Shown here: piece after piece, positions 17,806 to 26,690 of the stretch | How positions within the stretch are numbered: the first letter of the stretch is position 1 | How the letters are laid out: every line of letters starts with the position of its first letter | DNA from: Rhodocyclaceae bacterium | GTDB lineage: Bacteria; Pseudomonadota; Gammaproteobacteria; Burkholderiales; Rhodocyclaceae | Reading direction: 5' to 3' | DNA length: 64,000 nucleotides | Assembly: GCA_008080565.1 (NCBI GenBank) | Contig: VIKE01000048.1 | Coordinates: 15,911-79,910 of the forward strand | Notes under the pieces: generated by a model | Databases searched by the model: none | What the model saw: the letters and a program-made list of their open reading frames with translations, nothing else | Told to the model about the DNA's origin: nothing | Position numbers and translations under genes: made by a program

Positions 17806-18777
17806 TTACTTCCGGCCTTTGCCTGCGACGGTTTGGACCCCACCGAATTTCGGAATGTCGTAGGTATTGCTCAGATTCTTGATCTCGTTCCAGGCCGGCT
17901 GGTAGTTACCCTCCTGCAATTCCTGGAGCTTTTCAGTCAGGCATTGGCGGAGCTTGGAAACGTCCTGCGCCTTCTCGCCCTTGAAGGGCCGGGTAAAGAG
18001 CACGTTCGGTACAGCCAGGGCGTTGTTGTTGTAAACGCCAAGGCCTTTGTAGTTGATCGGGCGAACAGCGTACTGGGGGTTGTTGGCGGGCACGTCGAAC
18101 GGGACCAGGGTCAGGCCAGAGTCCTGCTTCAGCGGAGCAATCGAACCACTTGGCCACCCGCTTACCGACATGGCCGCAGCTACTTCACCCTTGCGCACCA
18201 TGTCGAAAGCCTTGGTGTCGTTATCCACGTCGACCATATTCATACCGTAGCCCATGGCGCGGTCGATTTGGCGACCCAGCAGCGCCGCGGAGCCGACCAG
18301 TGCCACCCGTTGCCCCTTGAGGTCAGAGAAACGTTGGATGGAGATCGTCTTGTCGTCGCCTTTCAGGAAGCCGAACTTCTTCTCGCCGGCGACACGGAAG
18401 CCGTTGGCGGCGGTAACGACGTGCAGATAGTTGAAATTGAGCCCGACGACGCCCTGCAGGCCAGCCACGTTCTCGTCGCCGCTCTTCATCGTTGCCCAAG
18501 TGTCGACCTGGGCGATGCCGACATCGGCCTCCTTGGTGGAGAGGGCATTCAGGTTGTCGAGACCGCCCGTTGTGGTCACTTCGCAGACCGGCACCACGTT
18601 GCCGCAGGACTTCTTGATGTCGGCGAAGACCTTGCTGTAGCCCTTGCCGGCAGGGCCGGTCGCAATCTTGAGGCCGTCACATTCGGGGGCGGGGGCACCG
18701 TCGACTTTCGCAGCATGAACGGAGATGGAGGCGGCCAGCATAGCCACGGCGATAAAGAGATGTTTGCGCATGAGCAA
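17806..18777 (-). CDS. TAXI-family TRAP solute-binding-like exported protein
   Basis: Signal peptide; IATGPAGKGYS, TTGGLDNL, ADVGIAQVD, DLKGQRVA. Confidence 0.8.
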   Translation of the reverse strand: MLMRKHLFIAVAMLAASISVHAAKVDGAPAPECDGLKIATGPAGKGYSKVFADIKKSCGNVVPVCEVTTTGGLDNLNALSTKEADVGIAQVDTWATMKSGDENVAGLQGVVGLNFNYLHVVTAANGFRVAGEKKFGFLKGDDKTISIQRFSDLKGQRVALVGSAALLGRQIDRAMGYGMNMVDVDNDTKAFDMVRKGEVAAAMSVSGWPSGSIAPLKQDSGLTLVPFDVPANNPQYAVRPINYKGLGVYNNNALAVPNVLFTRPFKGEKAQDVSKLRQCLTEKLQELQEGNYQPAWNEIKNLSNTYDIPKFGGVQTVAGKGRK

Positions 18778-18785
18778 TTTCCTTT

Positions 18786-18932
18786 TCAGAAGTTAAATTT
18801 TTTGTTGGTGGCGGCCGCTTCGGGCTGCACCGGTTGGGTTTGATCAGGAGAGGCAGAGGAATTCAGCAGAGCGATCACCACTACCAAGGCCACTGCGGCC
18901 GTGCCGCCCCATTTGAGAATCTTCCAGAACAT
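18786..18932 (-). CDS. 48-aa single-TM protein (below ORF-track cutoff)
   Basis: MFWKILKWGGTAAVALVVVIALL...KKFNF fills the gap in the operon. Confidence 0.65.
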   Translation of the reverse strand: MFWKILKWGGTAAVALVVVIALLNSSASPDQTQPVQPEAAATNKKFNF

Positions 18933-18936
18933 GTTG

Positions 18937-19713
18937 TTACCTCGCAGCGGTCTGCAATTCGGGTATGTGAATGCCGGACAAGTCCAAAGTCAGGCCGCCA
19001 CCGAAGGCCAGTTGCTGCTGGTTGGAGAGTTTGCTGGCTTCCAATTCCAACTCGGCGAACACCTGGTTGAAGTTGTCGCGGACGGATGCAAAGGCCTCGT
19101 CGGCGAGCATCTGGTTGAGAAGGTCTTCGCCGGATGCCGCGTTCAACTGGGCAATTGCCGCCTGCCCAGCCTGACCGAACGACCACTCGAACTTCTTGTC
19201 GTCGATGACTTCCTTGAGTTGGCCCAGGGCTTCATCGGCTCGCCGGTACTTTGCTTCAAGAACCTGATGGGCTTGTCGCATGGAAGCCAAAGCTGCCTCC
19301 TGCTTCGAGGCGTCGTAGCCGGGCTTGGTCCGTTTGCGCTCCTCGAGCATGTCGCTCAGGCCCTTGATCTGGGTGCCGATCTGGACCACCGCCTGTTTGA
19401 AAAGACCGACGCGCTTGGCCTTTTCCATCAGGAAGTTCTGCAACTGCTCGATCGGGTTCTTGCGCGCCTCAGCCTTTCGGACTGCCAGCAGCTTGTTTTC
19501 CCATTTCTGGCCAAGCAGCGGCAGGGCCTGCATCATGCCAATCCCGATCGCCCCTAACACCAGCAGGACGATCAACCCAACACCGGCACTGGCGGCTGCC
19601 CAAATGAGCGGTGCTAGCAGTGCGAGGATAACCAGAACCCCTACGCCGGCTGCGAGGCGCAGTCCAACAATCTTCGTCTTCCCGGGATCGGGTGTTATCG
19701 AAGGAAGTGCCAT
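18937..19713 (-). CDS. membrane-anchored coiled-coil protein (PspA-like architecture)
   Basis: Two N-terminal TM helices then long coiled coil (EARKNPIEQLQN). Confidence 0.7.
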   Translation of the reverse strand: MALPSITPDPGKTKIVGLRLAAGVGVLVILALLAPLIWAAASAGVGLIVLLVLGAIGIGMMQALPLLGQKWENKLLAVRKAEARKNPIEQLQNFLMEKAKRVGLFKQAVVQIGTQIKGLSDMLEERKRTKPGYDASKQEAALASMRQAHQVLEAKYRRADEALGQLKEVIDDKKFEWSFGQAGQAAIAQLNAASGEDLLNQMLADEAFASVRDNFNQVFAELELEASKLSNQQQLAFGGGLTLDLSGIHIPELQTAAR

Positions 19714-19785
19714 AAATTCTCCTTGCTTGATTGATGTGAAAGATTCCCTAGAAGCGGCGAAAGGCTAGGCCGCTTGCATGTACTC

Positions 19786-19820
19786 AGGCTACGCATCAAG
19801 CCCAAGGGATTCTGGAATTT
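19786..19820 (-). promoter_or_regulatory. backbone-motif promoter (CAGAA-N18-TAGCCT)
   Basis: Shared geometry. Confidence 0.55.
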
Positions 19821-19830
19821 CTCTAGCCTG

Positions 19831-20537
19831 TTATCGGGAAAGAATCGTTTCCCGATGCTGGACGACGCGCTTGAGCACCCTGTCCACCCAGGACATATTG
19901 ATTTCGCGCCTTTGCCGAAGATCCTCGCGTGCGTCATGGAAACGGCGACGCCAATCATCTGCCGTGGTACCTCGCCATTCGGCGAATCCGGAAAGGAAGT
20001 CGATCAACTGCTCGCCCTTGTCCAAGCACTGCTCATCCAGAGTTTGGGAAAACTGCTCGTAGCAGCCCCGTAGGTATTGCTCGGCTTCATCAAAGAAACG
20101 GATGATCGACTCATTGGGGAACAGTTGATGTATGGAAAAGGCGCACTCCGGCATATGTCGTTGGATCTCTGCGCGAGCCTCCGAAGGGATCGGCGCACCG
20201 AAATCAGATTCGATCTGATCTAGAAGCCATGACGTGCCTTTGTCCAATGCCTCCTGGCTGGTGTCCATGCCGCGAACGAAACCATATCCAGCCGGACGCA
20301 ATTGCCGAAGAAGACTCAGGACAAAGGAGGCGAAACGCCCCTTGAACCCAGTACGGAGCGGACCATCTGGTCGGCCATTTCTCCACTGTTGTTGGTGAGT
20401 TTGGCGACGACATATTCCTCGAAACCGGGAGCGGGGGCGGTCACAACGGTGCTTTCCAGCAACTCGCAAAAATGGCCGTAGTCCCTTCGCAGAGAAGCTT
20501 CTTGCTCGGGGTTGAGTGCGATGGTGAGAGCAGTCAT
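19831..20537 (-). pseudogene. hypothetical protein, probably frameshifted near 20350
   Basis: ORF 20316-20537 has the coupled start; overlapping ORF 19831-20469 has the plausible C-terminus. Confidence 0.4.
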
Positions 20538-21094
20538 TGATTGGGGCTCACGTTCTTCAGCAGAATCGACGTCGAGCAGTTGGCCAGTATCGCTTCGGCG
20601 TGTGCCGGCGTTGTACCGATCAAAGCACCAAGGTGGCGATATTCGGCGGGAAGCAGGTTCGCGTCACTGATCAAGCCTCGTCCCATCAAACCAACCAGGT
20701 GCGCGGATACCGCAGGCCCAATACCTTCGCCCGGCGCTGCTGCCTTGGCGGCATCGATCGAAAACTGATCGAAGGGGTTGATCAGCAAGTCTTCGCCGGA
20801 GCGGGTGCGGAAAATAAGGACGATTTCCTTGAGCACGATGTTCCCAAGAGTGTCGAAGATTGAGGTCAGGCTGCCCCGGATTGCCTTCAGAAGCTGGTTC
20901 GACTTGCCAACATCGAGCACTACCTGTTTCGCGCCAGAGGCTGCAGCAAGCGCCAGTATTTCCTGGCTGACCAGAACGGACATGCCAGTACGCGGCGGCG
21001 CAGTGATGGTGTTGAGGTGGCTCTGGTGCTCATCAGTGATGACGGACATGCCAGAACCAGGTTGCGCGAAAACAGGCTTATTCCATTCAGACAT
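20534..21094 (-). CDS. miniature TraC/VirB4-like protein with degenerate P-loops
   Basis: AQPGSGMS, APPRTGMS, VLDVGKS, INPF, AEAILANCSTSILLK. Confidence 0.55.
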   Translation of the reverse strand: MSEWNKPVFAQPGSGMSVITDEHQSHLNTITAPPRTGMSVLVSQEILALAAASGAKQVVLDVGKSNQLLKAIRGSLTSIFDTLGNIVLKEIVLIFRTRSGEDLLINPFDQFSIDAAKAAAPGEGIGPAVSAHLVGLMGRGLISDANLLPAEYRHLGALIGTTPAHAEAILANCSTSILLKNVSPNQ

Positions 21095-21524
21095 GGGTTG
21101 CCTCCAGGGTGGATTGCGAAGAAGGAGAGCCCTCGTACCAAGGGTGGCACCAATCGATTCTGGCGATGCTTAGCTGGCCTATGACATAGGAGACCTGGGC
21201 GTTGTAGAACTGCTCAACGGTGTACTGCGTCTCGAGGTTCTTTGCGCCGTAGAACTCAATGGCGTGATAGCCCTTGATTGGCGCCAGAAGCAGATCCTCT
21301 CCGACGGACCCGCTACGACCAATCTCGAAGCGTGGTTCGCAGAGAACTTCTGTTAATACCGAGACGACGTGGTGGATCACGTCAGGCAGAGTCATGTCCG
21401 GGGGGTATAGATCGCCTAGGGCAGAGGCAATGTCTCGCCAGGTGGTGCCGTCCTTTTCGGACTTGGCGTATCGCAGAAGTACCCGCAGGCGCTCGCTCAG
21501 ATCGGAGGACTGTTTGGTGGTCAT
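21087..21524 (-). CDS. hypothetical protein
   Basis: 145-aa ORF in operon. Confidence 0.6.
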   Translation of the reverse strand: MTTKQSSDLSERLRVLLRYAKSEKDGTTWRDIASALGDLYPPDMTLPDVIHHVVSVLTEVLCEPRFEIGRSGSVGEDLLLAPIKGYHAIEFYGAKNLETQYTVEQFYNAQVSYVIGQLSIARIDWCHPWYEGSPSSQSTLEATHV

Positions 21525-21610
21525 TGCTTCGTCATCCGGGAAAGAAAAGTGAATGCGTCACTCATGGACTTATCTCCTAAATCGGCGAACCGTTTTTAAC
21601 GTGCTTCGCG

Positions 21611-21659
21611 TGACGGATCATTGCATGCGGTGTCAAATATGCCGACAGGGAAATGCAGC
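21611..21659 (-). repeat. ~50-bp intergenic repeat, copy 1
   Basis: Matches 51152-51201 on the + strand. Confidence 0.75.
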
Positions 21660-21887
21660 TATTTCAGGGGGGGTAGGCGCAGGAATGGACTCTGACGACC
21701 ATGAATGACCATCAGCCCGTCGACATAGGCGGAGCCGGGGGGGTTAGGCGGCTGTTTTGTCGGGCAGCCAGCGAGCGAGGCGGTCTTCAGGTTCAGACCG
21801 CACGGTCACCAGTTTTGCCTCAGCTTCGTGGCGGCCGCGGCTGGAATGGCGAGAATCACAATAAAGGTTATCTGAATGGGTTAACTG

Positions 21888-22211
21888 TCAGTTTCCGGCC
21901 AAGCTGAGAATGCGTTCGATGGTGTCTTTCAACTGGTCAAGAACGGCATTTAATCGGTTAATTTCCAAGCGTTGATCTTCGTCCAGGGGCAAATCCAACC
22001 ACCGCACAAGCTGCTCTCGAAAGACTGGTAGCAAGTCGCGCTGCTCGCCGAACACTGCTTGCAGGCGACTGACAGTCTCTCTATCCAGCACCTCCGGTCT
22101 ATGCCGACATTGCTCCAGGTTTCCTACTTGTTGGCGGGCGGACTGTAATTGGTCATCGAGCATCCCAGCGATGAAAAGCAATGCCTCGATGGGTTGCCAG
22201 TTTGGGAGCAT
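21888..22211 (-). CDS. hypothetical protein
   Basis: 107-aa ORF coupled to upstream gene. Confidence 0.6.
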   Translation of the reverse strand: MLPNWQPIEALLFIAGMLDDQLQSARQQVGNLEQCRHRPEVLDRETVSRLQAVFGEQRDLLPVFREQLVRWLDLPLDEDQRLEINRLNAVLDQLKDTIERILSLAGN

Positions 22212-22456
22212 TATTTGCCGAGCTGCGTTGTGAGTTTGGTGTGGGATACCGGTGTAGCAGATAGGTGCGTTGGCCCCCAGGAATCAACTAGATCTGGATA
22301 AGCGTCGTAGTGCAGACAGCGAGAGCAGAGGTCCCACATCGGGTTTTCATGCGAGCGTTCGCCTTCGGCCCCAGCATTTGCCGGGTGAGGGTTAAGAACC
22401 TCACGCTGGCCGTCTGGAACTACGCCTGTGATTTGTCGTGCATGTTCGATGTTCAT
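22211..22456 (-). CDS. small Cys/His protein, paralog of 32475-32663
   Basis: PHPANAG...NPMWDLCSRCLHYDAYPD. Confidence 0.65.
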   Translation of the reverse strand: MNIEHARQITGVVPDGQREVLNPHPANAGAEGERSHENPMWDLCSRCLHYDAYPDLVDSWGPTHLSATPVSHTKLTTQLGK

Positions 22457-22460
22457 CGCC

Positions 22461-22778
22461 TTAGCCACGAACGGTACGCCACAGGAAGGCACTCGTGGCG
22501 ACGAACGCAATAGCCGCAAAGGCGGGCTTCACCAGTCCAGACAAGAACCATGCAGCCAAACCCCACAGCATGGCATTGAACAGCAGTCCGATGATGAGGA
22601 CCGGCAAATACTCGCGGTTCACCACCTTTCGCGCTTCCTCCTTCCGCCGTTGCACCTCGGGGTCGTTCGCCAAGCGAGCCTCATGCTGCTCCACTTCGGC
22701 CAAGAGCGTACCGTCATCAAAAGCATGCGGATCGCCTGCAAGGATGATCTTCTTTGCAATTTGCTGTCTCATGTTCAT
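22461..22778 (-). CDS. membrane protein, paralog of 31817-32134
   Basis: Near-identical MRQ.IAKKIILAGDPHAFDDGTLLAEVEQHE. Confidence 0.75.
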   Translation of the reverse strand: MNMRQQIAKKIILAGDPHAFDDGTLLAEVEQHEARLANDPEVQRRKEEARKVVNREYLPVLIIGLLFNAMLWGLAAWFLSGLVKPAFAAIAFVATSAFLWRTVRG

Positions 22779-23104
22779 TCTGCCTCCTTGATGCGCGGAA
22801 CCTGCACCTTGATCAGCATTCTCAGAATGAACAGCAAGCACAGTCCTGCAACGATTGCGACGATGATCCATCCGCCCAACGCTCCCAGGATTGCTTCACG
22901 ATTCAAGAGATCGGTGTAGGTAAGGTTTCTGAAAAACTGCTGGTCGAGAACATAGACAACGGCTCCGAGCACAGCGAAGCCAATCCAGACCGGTGCCGCT
23001 TTGAGAGGGCTATGCCCGTTCTCTTTTGCCCAAACCAGCGACCCGGCGACTATCACCAGCAACACAAACACGACTTGAAGAAGGCGAACCATATCGACGC
23101 TCAT
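22775..23104 (-). CDS. membrane protein, paralog of 32131-32460
   Basis: WAKENGH...NREA..GWIIVAIVAGLC. Confidence 0.75.
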   Translation of the reverse strand: MSVDMVRLLQVVFVLLVIVAGSLVWAKENGHSPLKAAPVWIGFAVLGAVVYVLDQQFFRNLTYTDLLNREAILGALGGWIIVAIVAGLCLLFILRMLIKVQVPRIKEAE

Positions 23105-23129
23105 ATCAATTTTCCTGAATGGTGCTCCG

Positions 23130-23663
23130 TTAAAGAATCGGGTAGCACTGCGGTTTGATTTTCGACTCAATGCACAGAGCGGACTTTAAGAAGCTCCCTT
23201 CGCCTTCACGCTTGATCTGCGCCGTGTCGCCAGTTGTGGCGGAAACGCCGCCATGGACTTGGAAAATACCGGTCGTTGTCTTGACAGTCGTATCGGTCGA
23301 GAAGGTAGTACTTTGCAGTTGAACGTCCTGGATCACGCCCGCAGCCTCGAAGGTTGGCTTTGGCGGCTCCGGACGAACAGGCGCAGGGATAAATTGACGG
23401 TACAACGCGAATCCAGCCAAAAGAATGCCCACGGCCAGGAGGATGACTTTGATCCGCCGACTATCCGCACGGTAGAACGCCTCTTTTTCCTCAAAGGGGG
23501 CTTTGAGCAAGCGTTGCACCTCGTAGTCCGGCAGGAAAAATGGCCGGATCGGTCTTCCTGTCGCCAGTTTTGACTGGATGTAACGGTCGATCCGCTGTTC
23601 GCGCAACTTCCGCTTTTCATCAGCTTTCTTGTGCTCAACTAAGGAGATTGTCTTTTCGGCCAT
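23130..23663 (-). CDS. hypothetical single-TM protein
   Basis: 177 aa, central TM, C-terminal Cys pair. Confidence 0.65.
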   Translation of the reverse strand: MAEKTISLVEHKKADEKRKLREQRIDRYIQSKLATGRPIRPFFLPDYEVQRLLKAPFEEKEAFYRADSRRIKVILLAVGILLAGFALYRQFIPAPVRPEPPKPTFEAAGVIQDVQLQSTTFSTDTTVKTTTGIFQVHGGVSATTGDTAQIKREGEGSFLKSALCIESKIKPQCYPIL

Positions 23664-23679
23664 TACTGTACCCCAATGT

Positions 23680-23958
23680 TTAATTCTGTTTGTCTTGCGG
23701 ATTCCGGGTTTGGTCAGATCGATAGAACGAGTAAAACGAACCTGCGAGCAAGGTCACGAATCCAGCAAAAAACCACCAGCGACCGCCAGTGACAAACTGA
23801 TAGTGCTCAGCCTGCAACGCCCATTCAAACTGACTAATGCTTGTTGGCTCTCCCACCAAAAAACTATAGGCAAACACCAGTAGAAAAATTGGCGCAATCA
23901 TGAGCAATTGGCGTCCCGTGACACGCATCGAATCGGCAAGAAAAGTCTTGTTTCGCAT
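23680..23958 (-). CDS. hypothetical membrane protein
   Basis: Two TM segments; SD before MRNKT. Confidence 0.55.
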   Translation of the reverse strand: MRNKTFLADSMRVTGRQLLMIAPIFLLVFAYSFLVGEPTSISQFEWALQAEHYQFVTGGRWWFFAGFVTLLAGSFYSFYRSDQTRNPQDKQN

Positions 23959-23987
23959 TATTGTTCCTTTCACATGTCGCTTGATGG

Positions 23988-24194
23988 TTAGTCTCTGATG
24001 TCGCAAACGAACTGGTTGTTCACCACGACACGAGCGCATTTGATTTGCTCGACCAGCGCAGCTTCTGCTTCCGCTCGCCCCTTTCTGGGCGTAATCAACC
24101 GCCCATCTTTATGACCCCACGCGTTCGCTACTCGCTTGGCGGCATCCAGCAACGCCTTCTCTTCGGCACAAATTAAATATGTTGATGTGGTCAT
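23988..24194 (-). CDS. hypothetical protein
   Basis: 68 aa with GGAG SD. Confidence 0.55.
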   Translation of the reverse strand: MTTSTYLICAEEKALLDAAKRVANAWGHKDGRLITPRKGRAEAEAALVEQIKCARVVVNNQFVCDIRD

Positions 24195-24319
24195 GGTTTC
24201 ATCTCCGAATCATTGGCCTGGCTGGGCAATTCAGCCAGTACGGTCTTGACCTGGCTATACAGTCCCGCCAGATACCCATAATTTTTGCATAAGATGCCCC
24301 TCACCGGTCGTACCTCGAA

Positions 24320-24586
24320 AATAGCCCAAGGGCGCGGTCTCTACACCTACTAGCAGCTTCGTGTCAGGCTCGTTGGCGGCTACATGGGCTGCTGGCCATC
24401 CTGCGTTACTACAGCCACTCTCGGCCCGAAGGCACCTCCGCTACACCGCTCCGCGTCACCGTCTCTCTACTCAGACCCTTACTGGACTTGCCAGCCCTAC
24501 TTGGCTTTCAGGCATCTCGTGTCTTTTCGAGCACCGGACTGCGCGTCCTGTCGCCCACTGCGGCCGGCTCAACCGGCCCTTGGTGC
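24320..24586 (-). ncRNA. candidate ~265-nt structured non-coding RNA
   Basis: 5'/3' closing stem CCAAGGGC-CGGT / ACCG-C-GCCCTTGG, cUUCGg hairpin, several internal hairpins, own promoter at 24591-24624, TATTTT after the stem. Confidence 0.55.
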
Positions 24587-24590
24587 AATC

Positions 24591-24624
24591 AGGTTATCAA
24601 GACGCACTACGCGTTTCTGAAATT
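24591..24624 (-). promoter_or_regulatory. backbone-motif promoter (CAGAA-N18-TAACCT) ahead of the candidate ncRNA
   Basis: Shared geometry; predicted start falls at the closing stem. Confidence 0.55.
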
Positions 24625-24637
24625 GTTTCACCACAAT

Positions 24638-26180
24638 TTAAGCTGCCAGCCGAAACAAATCGCCGATGGTTGCGGCCGCACGCTGGCGGTGCGCACAGAT
24701 GCGCTGCATCACTAAAGGATTGTCCTTAAGGAACGCTAGCAACCGATACGGACTGATTAGGTGTCGTAGGACAAGACGCCCTAGCCGTTCGCGTGGAATT
24801 GCCACCATTTTGAGCTGCCCGGATTGCACCAGGCGGCGCCATGAGACATCAGGCGCCCAGTCGCGATGAAGGTCGACGAGATTGAGACGCTTCTGGCCCA
24901 GTTGCCGCCGCTTGTATGCGCGTCGGCCAGCAACTTCGGCGCGATGATTCGCTAACATCTCTTCTTGACTGGGAATAATGGGGACCGGAGTCTCGACCGA
25001 CATGGACAGTGCGCGCTCATGGTCGTACTGATAGCCGGCCAAGCCCAAGCGCTCGCGCCATGCTGTTCTGCGAAGGATCTCGTCAATTTTTCCCTCCTGT
25101 CCCTTGGCGACCGAGAGGAAACCGTAGCTGACATAGTTTCGGTACTCAATGCCGGCGAAGTGGTGGCCCTCTATCAGGAGCGGCTTGCGAGCAGAGGGGC
25201 CGTGCCATTCATCTACGACGCGATCAAACTCGAAGAGCATGAACATGCCCGCACCCTCGGCGTCGATCGAGAACATCTCGCTGTTTTCCACGTCCATGAT
25301 GGTTCGCCGTTCACCCTTGGACACGATCTCTCGCTGACCGATGCAGCCACCACCTCCAAAGGCATCGATCATGACGTCTCTCAGCCCGGTGTACATAAAA
25401 GCATCTCCATCACACCATCCTCGGCCGACATGGATATAGCGCGCTGACGGAATCACCATTTTCGGAGCTTCCGGCACATCCGGCACCGGGTAACGGGCGC
25501 CACGCTCGATGTCACGATAGATTTTCAGAGCCGTGTAGGGGAGGGCGAAGCCCTGTAAAGACCAGTGAGCGGAAACGGCTAGAAGGGCCTCCATGGACAC
25601 GATCTGGAAGCGCGGGGCAATACCGAGACGCGCGGAAGCATCGCGCTCATTGATGTCGATGGTGAGGGCGTAGCGCAGCAGCTCTTGCAGCATCGCCGGG
25701 CTGTACCCATCCACGGCAAACCTGATGTAGCCATTTGCGTCGATCGTACGGCCGACCCAGGTACGGCGAGAGAGGTCGTGGAAGGTGTTGGCCAGAAAAC
25801 GTCGGAAGGCCGCCAGGGGGCGCATAAAAGCGTTGTGGGGCTCCTGGACCATCTGGTCCATGCTGCGATCGTTCTTGACAGCCAGGCAGGTGTAGCATCC
25901 CGTGCGGCTACCGCACGCCGAGGCGGGGCGGTTGCTGTCCGATCCGGCGATCACGCACTCCCCGGTTGCCTCCCGGTAGATCTCGATCACGCGCTTGAAG
26001 TCGGAGTAGGTCTCCTTCAATCCGTTGCTGCACATGCCGAGATAGGTAAAAACATCGTCATAGGACCACTCGATGATGGGGGCGATCGCGACGTTGCCGT
26101 CGGCGTTTGTCTGGACCAGTTGGTCGGAAGATTCTGCACGCTTCGCCAGATTGCCGGCGCGAACGGTGCTCTCGGTCTTG
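24638..26180 (-). pseudogene. 3' part of DndC/PAPS-reductase-like gene interrupted by the integrative element
   Basis: KTESTVRAGNL, APIIEWSYDDVFTYL, YREATGEC, CGSRTGCYTC; joins in frame to 45559-46160. Confidence 0.85.
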
Positions 26181-26203
26181 CCAACGCCCTCTAGGGGTGG
26201 GGC

Positions 26204-26249
26204 AAAAAATGTTACTCCCGCACCACTACTGGTTTTGCGGCGAGTAACA
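26204..26249 (-). terminator. intrinsic terminator at the element's 3' end
   Basis: TGTTACTC-G-CCGCA...TGCGG-GAGTAACA followed by TTTTTT. Confidence 0.6.
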
Positions 26250-26309
26250 GTTTCAAGCATCAGGAGCGGGGTTTACGGGTGGTTTCGGACGGAGCAATTC
26301 GCCAGTTTG

Positions 26310-26690
26310 TTACTGGCCGCGCCCGAGTCGTTCGGCCAATTTGTTGCGGTCATCGAGCAACTGGTCGTACATCGAATACACCTGCTGTACGTGTGACAGC
26401 ATGGACTTGAACGCTTCCTCCGCCTGCCCGCTAGTCTCGGATTTCACCTTCTCTTGCAGAGCCTTGTTCTTGGCCAGCAGAGTTGAGATCAAGGCTTCGT
26501 CACTCTCGGTTTTCTGACGTGCCTTCTGCCCGGATTTCAGTTCCTTGATCTTCTCTTTGAGATCGGGGTAGCGGTTGTAGATCAGGGAGTGCGATACGTC
26601 ACACTTCTCAGCGACGGCACTAATGCTGATGCTTTCCCCTGCATCCAGCATTTGTTTGATGGCTTGCTCGATCTGTTCGCGGGTATCCAT
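26310..26690 (-). CDS. small HTH/coiled-coil recombination accessory protein (GinD/Srap/TnpC-like)
   Basis: ISISAVAEKCDVSHSLIYNRYPDL; coupled to the large integrase. Confidence 0.8.
   Translation of the reverse strand: MDTREQIEQAIKQMLDAGESISISAVAEKCDVSHSLIYNRYPDLKEKIKELKSGQKARQKTESDEALISTLLAKNKALQEKVKSETSGQAEEAFKSMLSHVQQVYSMYDQLLDDRNKLAERLGRGQ

Noticed and set aside
24398-24405. CATCCTGC, an RP4-type nic-like octamer
   Set aside because: Expected by chance; no adjacent relaxase or proper oriT inverted repeat
24320-24586. RNase P-, SRP- or group I/II intron-like identity for the structured RNA
   Set aside because: Only fragmentary similarity; lacks GAGGAAAGTCC, the SRP GNRA hairpin, P7 and domain V signatures
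24361-24729. Plus-strand ORFs over the candidate ncRNA
   Set aside because: No SD, no recognisable protein features, opposite to local gene orientation
26181-26260. ORF-track start for a 540-aa protein
   Set aside because: The first ~26 codons are element-end and footprint sequence read in frame, not a real start
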